20,000 nt of DNA from an uncultured virus (IMG/VR IMGVR_UViG_3300037467_001416) (IMGVR_UViG_3300037467_001416), one strand, 5' to 3'; shown: positions 8,567 through 17,594, counted from the first letter of the stretch. Numbers and translations are program-made. Notes: a model not told the origin generated them from the letters alone.

Positions 8567-9596
8567 CTTCGAGATAGACTGCCCCAACGAGGGCTTCGGT
8601 CGTGTGATGCAAGCTCTCAAGTCGGAGGGAATCAAGACCGACAGTCGTAACGGTCCTGTCATTCGGTTCCCGAAGCCGGTGTGTCTAGAGTACGTCAATC
8701 CTCGCAGGAGACTTCTCGACCATCCTGTGCGGGACGCGAATCACTTCTTCCATCTCTTCGAGACGATGTGGATGTTCGCCGGCCTAGACACCGTAGCGCC
8801 TCTGAATCTCTACAACAGCGGCATGAAGAATTACTCTGACGACGGAGTGACTTTCGCGGCTCCGTACGGCTTCCGTTGGCGCAGACACTTCCACTTCGAT
8901 CAACTCGCGAGAGTTGTGCAGAAACTACGAAGTAATCCAGAGGATCGTCGTATCGTTCTTCAGATCTGGGACTCCCAAGAGCTAGTGAAGGATCAGGGAC
9001 GTGACTTCGCCTGCAACCAGCAGGTCTTGTTCGACACCCGTCCGAGAGAGGGCGGCTATCTTCTTGACATGACGGTGACTAATCGCAGCAACGACCTCGT
9101 CTACGGAGCTATGGGTAGTAATCTCGTTCACTTCTCACTTCTGCATGAGTACATCGCCTATCACGCAGGTCTCGAGGTCGGCACCTACTACCAGATCTCC
9201 AAGAACATGCACCTCTACCTTGAGAACGAGACCTCCCAGCGCTGCTGGGAGCACATGGACGAGTTTAAGAACTTCGCCTCTCAGAAGGCAGACTACAGTC
9301 TAACGGAACACGGTCTCACTCTCGATATGAAGATTCTAGCAGAATTCGTCAACGGAGGCGAGATTCCCGTCGGTAAATTGAGTTCTTATCTCGGCCGCGT
9401 AGTGAGACCGATTTGCGAGGCTTACAGGATATACAAGCTGAAGAGTCTCACAGGCATAGATACTCCTATAGAAGTTCGCATAGATCTTGCCATGGAGATC
9501 TTGCGAACGTGTGAGTCAGAATCCTTGCGACTGGCCTGCGTGAACTGGTTGATGGATAAGCAGGTGAAGGCTCAGAGGAAAGCTCTCGCAAGATGA
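8559..9596 (+). CDS. Thymidylate synthase homolog, probably dUMP hydroxymethylase
   Basis: SRNG, RDANHFFHLFE, YGFRWR, DRRIVLQIWD, catalytic DFACN, NRSND..YG...N (Asn at the specificity position indicates dUMP), NMHLY. Confidence 0.88.
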   Translation: MYSFEIDCPNEGFGRVMQALKSEGIKTDSRNGPVIRFPKPVCLEYVNPRRRLLDHPVRDANHFFHLFETMWMFAGLDTVAPLNLYNSGMKNYSDDGVTFAAPYGFRWRRHFHFDQLARVVQKLRSNPEDRRIVLQIWDSQELVKDQGRDFACNQQVLFDTRPREGGYLLDMTVTNRSNDLVYGAMGSNLVHFSLLHEYIAYHAGLEVGTYYQISKNMHLYLENETSQRCWEHMDEFKNFASQKADYSLTEHGLTLDMKILAEFVNGGEIPVGKLSSYLGRVVRPICEAYRIYKLKSLTGIDTPIEVRIDLAMEILRTCESESLRLACVNWLMDKQVKAQRKALAR

Positions 9597-10147
9597 TCTC
9601 CTTCGTAGACGCGTGGCTCTCCGGAAAGGTTCGGCGAAAGCACACGATGGAGAACATCCACGCTGAGAATATCAGCGAGCATACGTGGGGAGTCGTTCTC
9701 CTTCTTCTTATGCTCTGGCCTGATGCCCGGCGAGAGATTATCATAGCCGCTCAGCTCCATGACTTCGGCGAGAAGGCTACGGGAGATATGCCGGGTCCGA
9801 CAAAGTGGTCCGATCCTGTACTGGAGACTCTCATGGACAAGCTTGAGCGTGATCACATGAGAACCACGTTACCTCAAGCTCTCTACTCTTTGATAGAGGG
9901 TCTCACTGATCCTGAGTGGGGGCTCGTCGAACTGTGTGATCGTGCTGAGTTCTGCGTCAGTATGATCCATGAGAGGATGCTCGGCAATCGCTACGCGGAG
10001 ATCTACTATAAGAGAGCCTGGGACAAAATGACTCAGACACTAGAACTTTACAGAGCTGAGTTCGTCACTATGTCTCCGTGGCTCATGACGAACATCGCGA
10101 ACATGCGCAGAGATCTTGACGGTCAATGGAGAAAGGCTAGAAGCTGA
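9593..10147 (+). CDS. HD-domain (YfbR-like) deoxynucleotide phosphohydrolase
   Basis: VRRKH, ENISEHTWGV, LHDFGEKATGDMPGPTK, CDRAE; ATGA overlap. Confidence 0.85.
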   Translation: MISFVDAWLSGKVRRKHTMENIHAENISEHTWGVVLLLLMLWPDARREIIIAAQLHDFGEKATGDMPGPTKWSDPVLETLMDKLERDHMRTTLPQALYSLIEGLTDPEWGLVELCDRAEFCVSMIHERMLGNRYAEIYYKRAWDKMTQTLELYRAEFVTMSPWLMTNIANMRRDLDGQWRKARS

Positions 10148-10635
10148 TGGGACACTACGACAACTGTCGCGAGGGCAACTGTTCAGTCTGTGGGCAGACT
10201 CTTGGCTACTGCGAGCATTCCACCGGAAGCAAGAAGCAACCGAGTGCCAACGACATCCAGCATGGAGGCAGTCACTACAAGGGTGCGAAGTTTCAGCACT
10301 GGGATCTGTGTGCCAAGAATCGCATCGGCTATCTCGAGAGCTGCGGTTCTAAGTATGCCTCACGCTGGAGGAAGAAGAACGGAGTCGAGGATTTACAGAA
10401 GGGCGTCCACTACTGCGATAAGATTCTTGAGTGTATCGTACAGTACGACTATGCGCCGACTGGCCGTGCTCCCTACAGCGATCTCCAGATGTTCTTTGAG
10501 CAGAACGGCATCTCGGACGCCGACGAGCAACTCGCTATCTCACATCTCTGCACTTGGGACTCTCGGCTAGGCATAGAATTAGCGCGGAAGCATATGTCCG
10601 CGCTTCTCGAGAAAGCTCAGGCACTGGCCGCGTAG
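10147..10635 (+). CDS. DUF3310-family protein with Cys-rich N-terminus
   Basis: ANDIQHGGSHYK...QHWD...KYASRWRKKNGVEDLQKG pattern; N-terminal C-x4-CxxC-x6-CxH; TGATG overlap. Confidence 0.78.
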   Translation: MGHYDNCREGNCSVCGQTLGYCEHSTGSKKQPSANDIQHGGSHYKGAKFQHWDLCAKNRIGYLESCGSKYASRWRKKNGVEDLQKGVHYCDKILECIVQYDYAPTGRAPYSDLQMFFEQNGISDADEQLAISHLCTWDSRLGIELARKHMSALLEKAQALAA

Positions 10636-10636
10636 C

Positions 10637-12703
10637 TTGTCAACAGAACAAACCAGCTTTATACAAGAGCTTCTGGACGGCCCTGTTAGACAGGGTAGTC
10701 GCAGTAAGCGAAAGCCAACGTCAATGCTAGACATGTTCTCGGATCTTCCCGAGCTTCACGGTCCGATTACCCTAGACTCAGAAACTCACGATCCTCTCCT
10801 GAAGACGAGAGGCTCCGGCTGGTCCTATTCTCGCGAGGGTCAGAACGGCGGGAAGATAATCGGCATCGCAGTTCACGCTGAAAACTTCCACGAGTATCTA
10901 CCCATCGGGCACACTGAGGGAAATCTAGATCCCGTGAAGGTGAAGAGCTGGCTGAGTAGTCAGTTGACGAAGGACGATTCTCAACCTAAGATCTTCTTCC
11001 ACGCACAGTACGACGTCGGTTGGTTTCGTGCTGAGGGAATTAAGATCTCAGGTCGCATAGAGGATGTCTCGTTTCAGGCTCCGCTCGTGGACGAGCATCG
11101 TCCGAACTATCAGCTAGATCGGTTAGCCAAAGACCTCGTGGGACGTGGTAAGGACGAGCGCGCATTAGCTGAGGCAGCTAAGAAACTCGGTGTGAAGAAC
11201 ACGAAGGCTGACAACATCAAGATGCATCTCATGAGGGTGCATCCCGACGTCGTAGGTATCTACGGTCGTGAGGACGTCGCAATCACTCGACTTCTGTGGG
11301 ACTTCTACAATCCCATCATGGAGGAACAGGAGCTCCAGAAAGTCTACGAGCTCGAGTGTGATCTTATCCCAATGCTCGTAGATATGCGGATGCGCGGAGT
11401 TCGTGTCGACGTTCCGGGCATCGAGATTCAGCAGCGCAAGTTAGTTCACGAAGAAGATCTCGCCAGACGGTTTATCAAGGATAAGACTGGGATCACTGTA
11501 GGAAGCTGGGACAATGCCGCAGAACTCTCGCGAATATTTGACAAGCTCAGCATTAAGTACGGCCTCACCGAGAAGACCGAGCAGCCGAGTATCACGGCAG
11601 ACTGGCTACGATCTCTATCCCATCCAGTTGCAAACGCTATTCTTCGCGGCCGCAAGACGAACAACATTAGATCCACGTTTCTCGAGAACAATCTGCTCTA
11701 CCTCCAGGAAGGCGGACGCATCTTCCCGAACTTCAATCCCCTCAAGCGTGACGACGACAGCGGAGGAGTTCTCGGTAAGGAGCTGAAGGCTGGTGTTCGC
11801 GGAGCGCTGTCAGGGCGGTTCAGTTCTTCTCAGCCGAATTTCCAGAATTTTCCCTCGCCAGACAAGGATCCTGAGCTAGGCTTAATGGTTCGCAGCATGA
11901 TTCTTCCTGAGGAGGGTGAGTTCTTCCATGTGATGGACTACTCTTCGCAAGAGCCTCGTCTGACAGTTCACTTTGCCGAGATCACGGGCTGCATGAAGGC
12001 TCGCGAGATGGCTGATCGATTTAGAGCCAATCCGCGTACCGACCTGCACGACGAAACCCGCAAGATGGTCGCCACAGTCCTGGAGGACTGGAAGGATCCC
12101 AAGAAGCGCAAACCAGCGAAGATTATCAATCTGGGCGTGGCCTACGGGATGGGCGGCGGAAAGCTGGCATTATCGCTCGGTCTACCGTACACCGAGGCTT
12201 CCTTCATGAAGGGTGATCAGGAGTTCAAATATCTCAAGGCTGGCCCCGAGGCTCAGGAGTTGATGGCTGTCTTCGACGAGCAGGCTCCATTCATTCGCCA
12301 GCTTGCTCGCAAGGCCCAGAACGCTGTCAAGCAGAAGGGTTACATTAAGACTCCAGTGGGACGACGATTCCGTTTCCCGAAAGAGGACGACGGGCGTACT
12401 TACAAGTTTCTCAACAAGGCACTGAATCGTCTTATCCAGGGAAGCGCCGCAGACATGACAAAGATGGCGCTGCGCGAGATGTACCGCTCAGGTATTCTTC
12501 CTCACGGCACAGTTCACGACGAGATCGACATCAGCTCTGCAAGCGTCAAGACCGTGAACTTGGCTCAGGAGATCATGGAGAGCGCCATGGAGCTAACCAT
12601 CCCCATTAAGATCGACGTCGCCAGTGGCCGCACTTGGGGCGAAGCTTCTATGGAGAAGCAGGGCGCAGAGAACTACGAAAAGTTTCTGACGGGAGAACTG
12701 TGA
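10637..12703 (+). CDS. polA: Family A DNA polymerase with 3'-5' exonuclease domain
   Basis: ExoI LDSET, ExoII HAQYD, ExoIII YGRED; GRFSSSQPNFQN; motif A MDYSSQEPR, motif B RKPAKIINLGVAYG, motif C TVHDEI. Start uncertain (TTG 10637 versus ATG 10724/10733). Confidence 0.96.
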   Translation: MSTEQTSFIQELLDGPVRQGSRSKRKPTSMLDMFSDLPELHGPITLDSETHDPLLKTRGSGWSYSREGQNGGKIIGIAVHAENFHEYLPIGHTEGNLDPVKVKSWLSSQLTKDDSQPKIFFHAQYDVGWFRAEGIKISGRIEDVSFQAPLVDEHRPNYQLDRLAKDLVGRGKDERALAEAAKKLGVKNTKADNIKMHLMRVHPDVVGIYGREDVAITRLLWDFYNPIMEEQELQKVYELECDLIPMLVDMRMRGVRVDVPGIEIQQRKLVHEEDLARRFIKDKTGITVGSWDNAAELSRIFDKLSIKYGLTEKTEQPSITADWLRSLSHPVANAILRGRKTNNIRSTFLENNLLYLQEGGRIFPNFNPLKRDDDSGGVLGKELKAGVRGALSGRFSSSQPNFQNFPSPDKDPELGLMVRSMILPEEGEFFHVMDYSSQEPRLTVHFAEITGCMKAREMADRFRANPRTDLHDETRKMVATVLEDWKDPKKRKPAKIINLGVAYGMGGGKLALSLGLPYTEASFMKGDQEFKYLKAGPEAQELMAVFDEQAPFIRQLARKAQNAVKQKGYIKTPVGRRFRFPKEDDGRTYKFLNKALNRLIQGSAADMTKMALREMYRSGILPHGTVHDEIDISSASVKTVNLAQEIMESAMELTIPIKIDVASGRTWGEASMEKQGAENYEKFLTGEL

Positions 12704-13206
12704 TGGGTGCTAGCACTAGAGAAAATACTGGGAATTCTGAGCCGCACATCGTAGACTTGGATGTCGTGCCTAGCGACTTCACCAGCTATCCGACGAAGTT
12801 CCAGCGGCTACATCCAGACGCAAAGATTCCGCAGCGAGGTTCTCTCAGTGCTGCTGGATATGATCTTACGGCGATCTATCGTTGTGTGCTCGGTCCTGGG
12901 CGCATTGCTAAGATTCCTCTCGGATTCGCCACAGAGATGCACCCGGACATTCACTGTCGCATCGAGTCTCGCAGCGGCATGGCTCTCAAAGGTCTGGTCG
13001 TACTCACCGGCGTGATCGACGCAGACTATCGCGGAGAGTGGTGCGTGATTCTCATGAACGTCACCGAGGCCACCCAAACCATTGCACCGGGAGACCGGGT
13101 GGCACAGGCTGTAATGCGGCCAACGGTACGCACCCACTTCACAGAGTCCAAGAGCCTCGAGGACAGTCAGAGAGGCTCCGGCGGCTTTGGTAGCAGCGGG
13201 CGCTAG
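12703..13206 (+). CDS. dut: Trimeric dUTPase
   Basis: All five motifs present: AAGYDL, SRSG, GVIDADYRGE, GDRVAQ, RGSGGFGSSG. Start at ATG 12703 (TGATG overlap, GGGAG SD). Confidence 0.95.
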   Translation: MGASTRENTGNSEPHIVDLDVVPSDFTSYPTKFQRLHPDAKIPQRGSLSAAGYDLTAIYRCVLGPGRIAKIPLGFATEMHPDIHCRIESRSGMALKGLVVLTGVIDADYRGEWCVILMNVTEATQTIAPGDRVAQAVMRPTVRTHFTESKSLEDSQRGSGGFGSSGR

Positions 13207-13257
13207 GTTGGCGGCGCGGTAGTAGCACAGGAGCACTCAGAAGGGCACGATGTAAAC

Positions 13258-14118
13258 ATGCAGAGACCAGCGCTTATAGTCGACGGGCTGTCCGTTTTTC
13301 ACTCCGTCGCAGGACCGGCGGCGTTTCTAACGAATGGCTACACGTACAGCTTCGTGACGCAACTCACATCTGCCGTGAAGAAGTTCGGCCCTCGCGGCAT
13401 CTTCGTATGCTGGGATCGCGGGAGCGAGCGTCGCACGACGATTCATCCTGGCTACAAGGGTGATCGCCCCTCGTCTATGAATGACGCTAAACGCATCATG
13501 CTTCAACAAGTCGAGAATTTCCTCGAAGCTGTAGGAGCCGACCAGCTTCACGCCGAGGGCTTCGAGGCGGACGACATCGGAGCCATGCTGGCAAACACTC
13601 TGGACCACGCCATTCTCGTCAGTAACGATAAAGACTGGCTCCAGCTAGTGCGACCTGGAATCTCTATCTACTATCGCTGCAAGCAGGAAGGTCGCAAGGC
13701 CGAGAAGAAGCTGGTCACGGTGGATAACTTTGCAGAGATCACCGGGTGGAGTAGTCCTGACGAATTCGTAAAGGGACTCTGCGCTATCGGCGACGGCGTG
13801 GACTGCGTTGATGGCATCGACGGTGTCGGAGAGCTCACGATCAAGAAGTACCTCATGGGCATGAGCGTTGGTCCTACGAAGCAGGAACGCCTGGATCGCT
13901 TCTTCTCTGGAGACGAGCTCTATCTGCGAAACAAGGCACTCATCGAGCTTCGCGACATCCGCGAGATTCCAGGACTGAGAACCCGCATGGGTACGTTTGA
14001 CGAAGGCGCAGTCCGCGGCTTGCTGGAAGAGCTTACCTTTGCTAGTATGCTTAAGAAGTTCCCCGAATGGGTGCGACCCTACAAGGAGGCTCATGCAGAC
14101 TTTTCTCCCTTACCCTAG
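13258..14118 (+). CDS. 5'-3' exonuclease / flap endonuclease (PolI N-terminal-like)
   Basis: LIVDG, YKGDR, FEADD, SNDKDWLQL, GDGVDCVDGIDGVG (H3TH). Confidence 0.92.
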   Translation: MQRPALIVDGLSVFHSVAGPAAFLTNGYTYSFVTQLTSAVKKFGPRGIFVCWDRGSERRTTIHPGYKGDRPSSMNDAKRIMLQQVENFLEAVGADQLHAEGFEADDIGAMLANTLDHAILVSNDKDWLQLVRPGISIYYRCKQEGRKAEKKLVTVDNFAEITGWSSPDEFVKGLCAIGDGVDCVDGIDGVGELTIKKYLMGMSVGPTKQERLDRFFSGDELYLRNKALIELRDIREIPGLRTRMGTFDEGAVRGLLEELTFASMLKKFPEWVRPYKEAHADFSPLP

Positions 14119-14587
14119 CTTCGTTGAGTCGGCTAAGGTCTTAGACTATCGCCGTCTCGGGAAGCAGCGCGTAGAGTGTAAGCAGCTTCTATCTGCTCTC
14201 GGTTTTGAAGTACTCCGGGGTCAAATCTCACGTATCATTCCGGTGGTTCATTCTAGAGCAGGATGGAAGAATCATCCTGCCGCGAAGATGTGGCGAGGCT
14301 ACGAACATGCCTTAGCTCTCTATCAGATGAGCATGATCTACGAGTGGGTGCGTCGCGGGTACAACAACACGATGGAGTTTCTGTCAGACGATATCGGTAA
14401 TGCTGAGTGGAGTATTTCCATGCCGCCGTGGCTCGGCGACGAGGCTTTTCACGCCAGTCATCGCAGCAACCTTCTACGGAAGGATCCTACACACTACGGT
14501 CAGTTCGACTGGACCGAGCCGCCTGATCTTCCGTACGTCTGGCCTACGGTTCCTGAGGATGGGCCACAGAAGGCGGAGAACTTCTAG
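14093..14587 (+). CDS. Pyrimidine-dimer DNA glycosylase (T4 endonuclease V-like, MSMEG_6728-type)
   Basis: MQTFLPY, LDYRRLGKQRVE, HPAAKMWRGYE, PPWLG, HASHRSNLLRKDP; AAGGAGG SD before ATG 14093. Confidence 0.88.
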   Translation: MQTFLPYPSFVESAKVLDYRRLGKQRVECKQLLSALGFEVLRGQISRIIPVVHSRAGWKNHPAAKMWRGYEHALALYQMSMIYEWVRRGYNNTMEFLSDDIGNAEWSISMPPWLGDEAFHASHRSNLLRKDPTHYGQFDWTEPPDLPYVWPTVPEDGPQKAENF

Positions 14588-14625
14588 CGTGAGTGCGACA
14601 TCGACCTTCATAAAGGAGAAACCTA

Positions 14626-14868
14626 ATGGACGAGGATGACATGCCCCATGGTGATCCGCCGCAGAGCGAACAGTTTCTTATCTCTCGCTCTGCGCTGGAC
14701 GAAGCCTACTCAGCGCTCGCCGGAGCTGTTGGTGCTCTCGGAGATATCGCGAATCTCAGCGCCGGTATGGAGGCGCTGAAGACTGCCCTTGGTCAGTTCG
14801 GCGACAGCTACGGGGGTCATAATCCTCAGTTCGTCGTCGCCGGCTGTAGCGAGCCTATGCCGGAATAA
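14626..14868 (+). CDS. Hypothetical acidic protein (80 aa)
   Basis: AAGGAG SD; fills the gap between flanking genes. Confidence 0.6.
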   Translation: MDEDDMPHGDPPQSEQFLISRSALDEAYSALAGAVGALGDIANLSAGMEALKTALGQFGDSYGGHNPQFVVAGCSEPMPE

Positions 14869-14893
14869 TCTAGCCTCACAGGAGAATTTCCAC

Positions 14894-16366
14894 GTGAATG
14901 CAGTGACGGTTGAAGTTGCAGACGAGAGCTCCGGGGCGGGGCGAGTGGGCGCGGCTGTTGAGTTAACTTATGACGATCTGAATCCGCAGCAACGTGCCGC
15001 TGTCGATGATGCAGTTCGTTGGTTTAACTCCGGTCGCGCCCACGAGGCCCCCTACGTGATGCAGGGGTATGCCGGAACGGGTAAGACGACACTACTGAGG
15101 ATACTCATAGGACGTCTCAGAACCCCGTACTCTCGCGTGGCTCTGTGTGCTCCGACTAATCGAGCAGCTAAGGTCCTCGCCAACAAGACTGGGATGTTCA
15201 CCCAGACGATTCATAAGCTGATCTACATCACGGTGTCGGAGGAGATCAACTTTCAGCGAGAACGCCTCAGGATGTGGGAGGAAGCTAAGAGCTTCAATCA
15301 ACTCAGCGAGGCCCTCATCGTCCAGTCCGGGCAAGATCTTCGCTCGGAGTACGACGAATTACTGGAGCGCGATGGTCTAGCCTTCGACGAGACAGAGTTC
15401 CGTAAGTTCTGTGAGGAACGTGGTGAGACGATTCTTAAGTTCGAGGGCCTGGAGCTTCCTAGCGACCCTATCGAGAGACAGAAGATCTTCGAGAAGGTGA
15501 AGACTGAGAAATTGTCTCAGCACAAGCAGAATATTCGCGACCTCATGGCCGAGGATCTTCCAGTGAGGAAGAAGGAACCTCAGGAGCTGATGGAGAAGTT
15601 CAGCCTCATCATGGTGGACGAGTCCTCCATGGTCAACGAGACTATCGGTAAGGATATTATCTCCTTCGGTATCCCGACGATTCTCGTTGGCGACCCCTTC
15701 CAGCTCCCGCCCGTAAAGGCGAAGCCCTTCTGGCACAACGTCAGGCCTCATACAGTTCTAACTCGCATCGAGCGGCAGAAGGGTGTCGGCGCTGGTATCC
15801 CTCTCGCCGGTGAGAAGTTACGCAGCGGAGGTCAGATTTCTCGTAACGAGAGCCTGAACATCCATGGCCGCAACACGCTTCCTGACTCGTCGTGGCTAGA
15901 GATCGATCAAATCATCTGTGGCACTCACAAGACTCGCGAGAGACTATGCCGCTTCGTCAGGGGAAAGCTGGGATTCAACACCGCCTATCCTCAAGTCGGT
16001 GAAAAGATTGTCGCCGTGTTCAACGACAAGAAGAGAGGAATAATGAATGGTGAGCTCTACACCGTCAAGAGAAGTGAGCTCACGCGCAACGGTTCCGTCA
16101 CGCGAATGGACATTGAGGACCCTTACGGTCGAGTCATTACGAACGTGGATGCGTGGACCAGAGGCTTTGGAGGCCGTTCGCAGACTGATTATCTTGACGA
16201 CCAGTTCGGGAAGTTCTGGTGGGGATACGCGATTACCTGTCATCAGTCCCAAGGCTCAGAGTGGAAGCAAATCATAGTCTGCGACGACTGGCCCGGAGAT
16301 GGTCATGATCGTTGGCTGTACACGGCCATCACGCGCGCCTCTCAGCACTGCGACTTAGTGAGGTAG
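14894..16366 (+). CDS. SF1B RecD/Dda-like DNA helicase
   Basis: LNPQQ, GYAGTGKTT, APTNRAA, TIHKLIY, VDESSM, VGDPFQLPPV, YAITCHQSQGSEW, LYTAITRA. Start placed at GTG 14894 after an AGGAG SD. Confidence 0.92.
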   Translation: MNAVTVEVADESSGAGRVGAAVELTYDDLNPQQRAAVDDAVRWFNSGRAHEAPYVMQGYAGTGKTTLLRILIGRLRTPYSRVALCAPTNRAAKVLANKTGMFTQTIHKLIYITVSEEINFQRERLRMWEEAKSFNQLSEALIVQSGQDLRSEYDELLERDGLAFDETEFRKFCEERGETILKFEGLELPSDPIERQKIFEKVKTEKLSQHKQNIRDLMAEDLPVRKKEPQELMEKFSLIMVDESSMVNETIGKDIISFGIPTILVGDPFQLPPVKAKPFWHNVRPHTVLTRIERQKGVGAGIPLAGEKLRSGGQISRNESLNIHGRNTLPDSSWLEIDQIICGTHKTRERLCRFVRGKLGFNTAYPQVGEKIVAVFNDKKRGIMNGELYTVKRSELTRNGSVTRMDIEDPYGRVITNVDAWTRGFGGRSQTDYLDDQFGKFWWGYAITCHQSQGSEWKQIIVCDDWPGDGHDRWLYTAITRASQHCDLVR

Positions 16367-16367
16367 T

Positions 16368-16565
16368 ATGAATCGTAAGTTCGCAGAGTTCAATCTCTAT
16401 CGCTACACAGGCTCACAGGAAAACGCTCCAGAGGGCTTCAAGGAGTCTCCTTCGCTTGTAAGATATCTAAACCATATCGAGAGCCAAGGATACACAGTTT
16501 TTCAAGTGGTGACCCCAAGCGACTCTATGTGGTACACCATTATCTGCACCGACGAGGTATCTTAA
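16368..16565 (+). CDS. Hypothetical protein (65 aa)
   Basis: GAGG SD; coupled to neighbours. Confidence 0.6.
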   Translation: MNRKFAEFNLYRYTGSQENAPEGFKESPSLVRYLNHIESQGYTVFQVVTPSDSMWYTIICTDEVS

Positions 16566-16918
16566 TGCCCACTCTACTTGATCTCGCCGTCAAACATCTT
16601 AGCGGGCACCATTGGTCGCAAGAAGACGCTGCCGTGCTGCACGATCTCATTAACCGTCAGACAGCTTCTAGCGTCGTGCGCCTTGACATGCAGACGAAAG
16701 AATCTGTGCCGGTTCAGAACGTACTCCTGGGCGCGATACGAGAGCACATTCTCGACCCATTTGAGACTGTACTCGTGATAGGAATGCGCGGGGAGAAAAG
16801 CTCAGATCGTGAGATGTTTTTCACGAGTGAAGCCAACGCAGGGTCGCACCTATACGACATGGAGCGCTTCAAGAGACGTCTTATGTGGGAGGCCGACGAA
16901 CGTGTTCGAGAGGGTTGA
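16565..16918 (+). CDS. Hypothetical protein
   Basis: ATG 16565 in a TAATG overlap, GAGGT SD. Confidence 0.6.
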   Translation: MPTLLDLAVKHLSGHHWSQEDAAVLHDLINRQTASSVVRLDMQTKESVPVQNVLLGAIREHILDPFETVLVIGMRGEKSSDREMFFTSEANAGSHLYDMERFKRRLMWEADERVREG

Positions 16919-17441
16919 AGACTACGCCGCCTACGCCGGGATCGGTAGTAGAGAGACTCCTGGAAATATCCTCGGTCTGATGCGTGGCATCGCACGTATG
17001 CTAGCTGATCGCGGCTACACGCTACGAAGCGGAGGAGCTAAGGGAGCAGATCAGGCCTTCGAGTACGGTACTCCAGTTCTCGTGCAGATGGAGATCTTCG
17101 TACCGTGGCACGGATTCGAGCGTCGCCCTCAGACAATTCCGGACTCCAAGCTGGCACTAGGAGAAGCTCGTAGCATCGCCGAAAAGTTTCATCCGAACTG
17201 GGAGGCCTGCTCCGAGGGTGCGAGAAAGATGCACACTCGCAACACCTTCCAGGTTCTCGGAGCGGACTGTCACACTCCGTCAAAGTTCGTAGTCTGCTGG
17301 ACTAAGGACGGAAAGGCTTCCGGTGGAACTGGTCAGACTCTCCGTATCGCCGAGGCGCACAAGATTCCTATCTACAATCTTCACGATCCTAATGTCCGTG
17401 CGATGTTCTACGGAGAGCTCGGTTGGGAGCATGACGTATGA
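16902..17441 (+). CDS. SLOG-superfamily (DprA/Smf-like) nucleotide-binding protein
   Basis: YAGIGSRETP, LRSGGAKGADQAFE, HTRN..QVLG, FVVCWT, SGGTGQ. Start placed at GTG 16902 after GGAGG. Confidence 0.82.
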   Translation: MFERVEDYAAYAGIGSRETPGNILGLMRGIARMLADRGYTLRSGGAKGADQAFEYGTPVLVQMEIFVPWHGFERRPQTIPDSKLALGEARSIAEKFHPNWEACSEGARKMHTRNTFQVLGADCHTPSKFVVCWTKDGKASGGTGQTLRIAEAHKIPIYNLHDPNVRAMFYGELGWEHDV

Positions 17442-17593
17442 CGTACCCACGAGTTCACTATATTCTTCCTGATGGTCGTGCTCGCTGCGGAAAGCCTCAT
17501 CCCGAGTTGTTTCAGACGCGCGAACCTGAGATCAACTGCCGAATGTGTCTCCGCTGTATAGACACTGACGCCGGTCTGCGTTACACTCGGTGA
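17438..17593 (+). CDS. Small putative zinc-binding protein (51 aa), absent from the ORF track
   Basis: ATGA overlap with the SLOG gene; MTYPRVHYILPDGRARCGKPHPELFQTREPEINCRMCLRCIDTDAGLRYTR has an H...CG...CxxC pattern. Confidence 0.65.
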   Translation: MTYPRVHYILPDGRARCGKPHPELFQTREPEINCRMCLRCIDTDAGLRYTR

Positions 17594-17594
17594 T

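Noticed and set aside
8559..9596. dCMP hydroxymethylase (T4-like glucosyl-hmC pathway)
   Set aside because: The specificity residue after RSND..G is Asn (dUMP type), not Asp, and the neighbouring kinase family acts on hmU.
9593..10147. DatZ / Z-genome (2-aminoadenine) system
   Set aside because: No PurZ homolog in the window; the context points to pyrimidine modification.
15225..15603. Intein in the helicase
   Set aside because: No N-terminal Cys/Ser block, no His-Asn terminus and no LAGLIDADG motifs.
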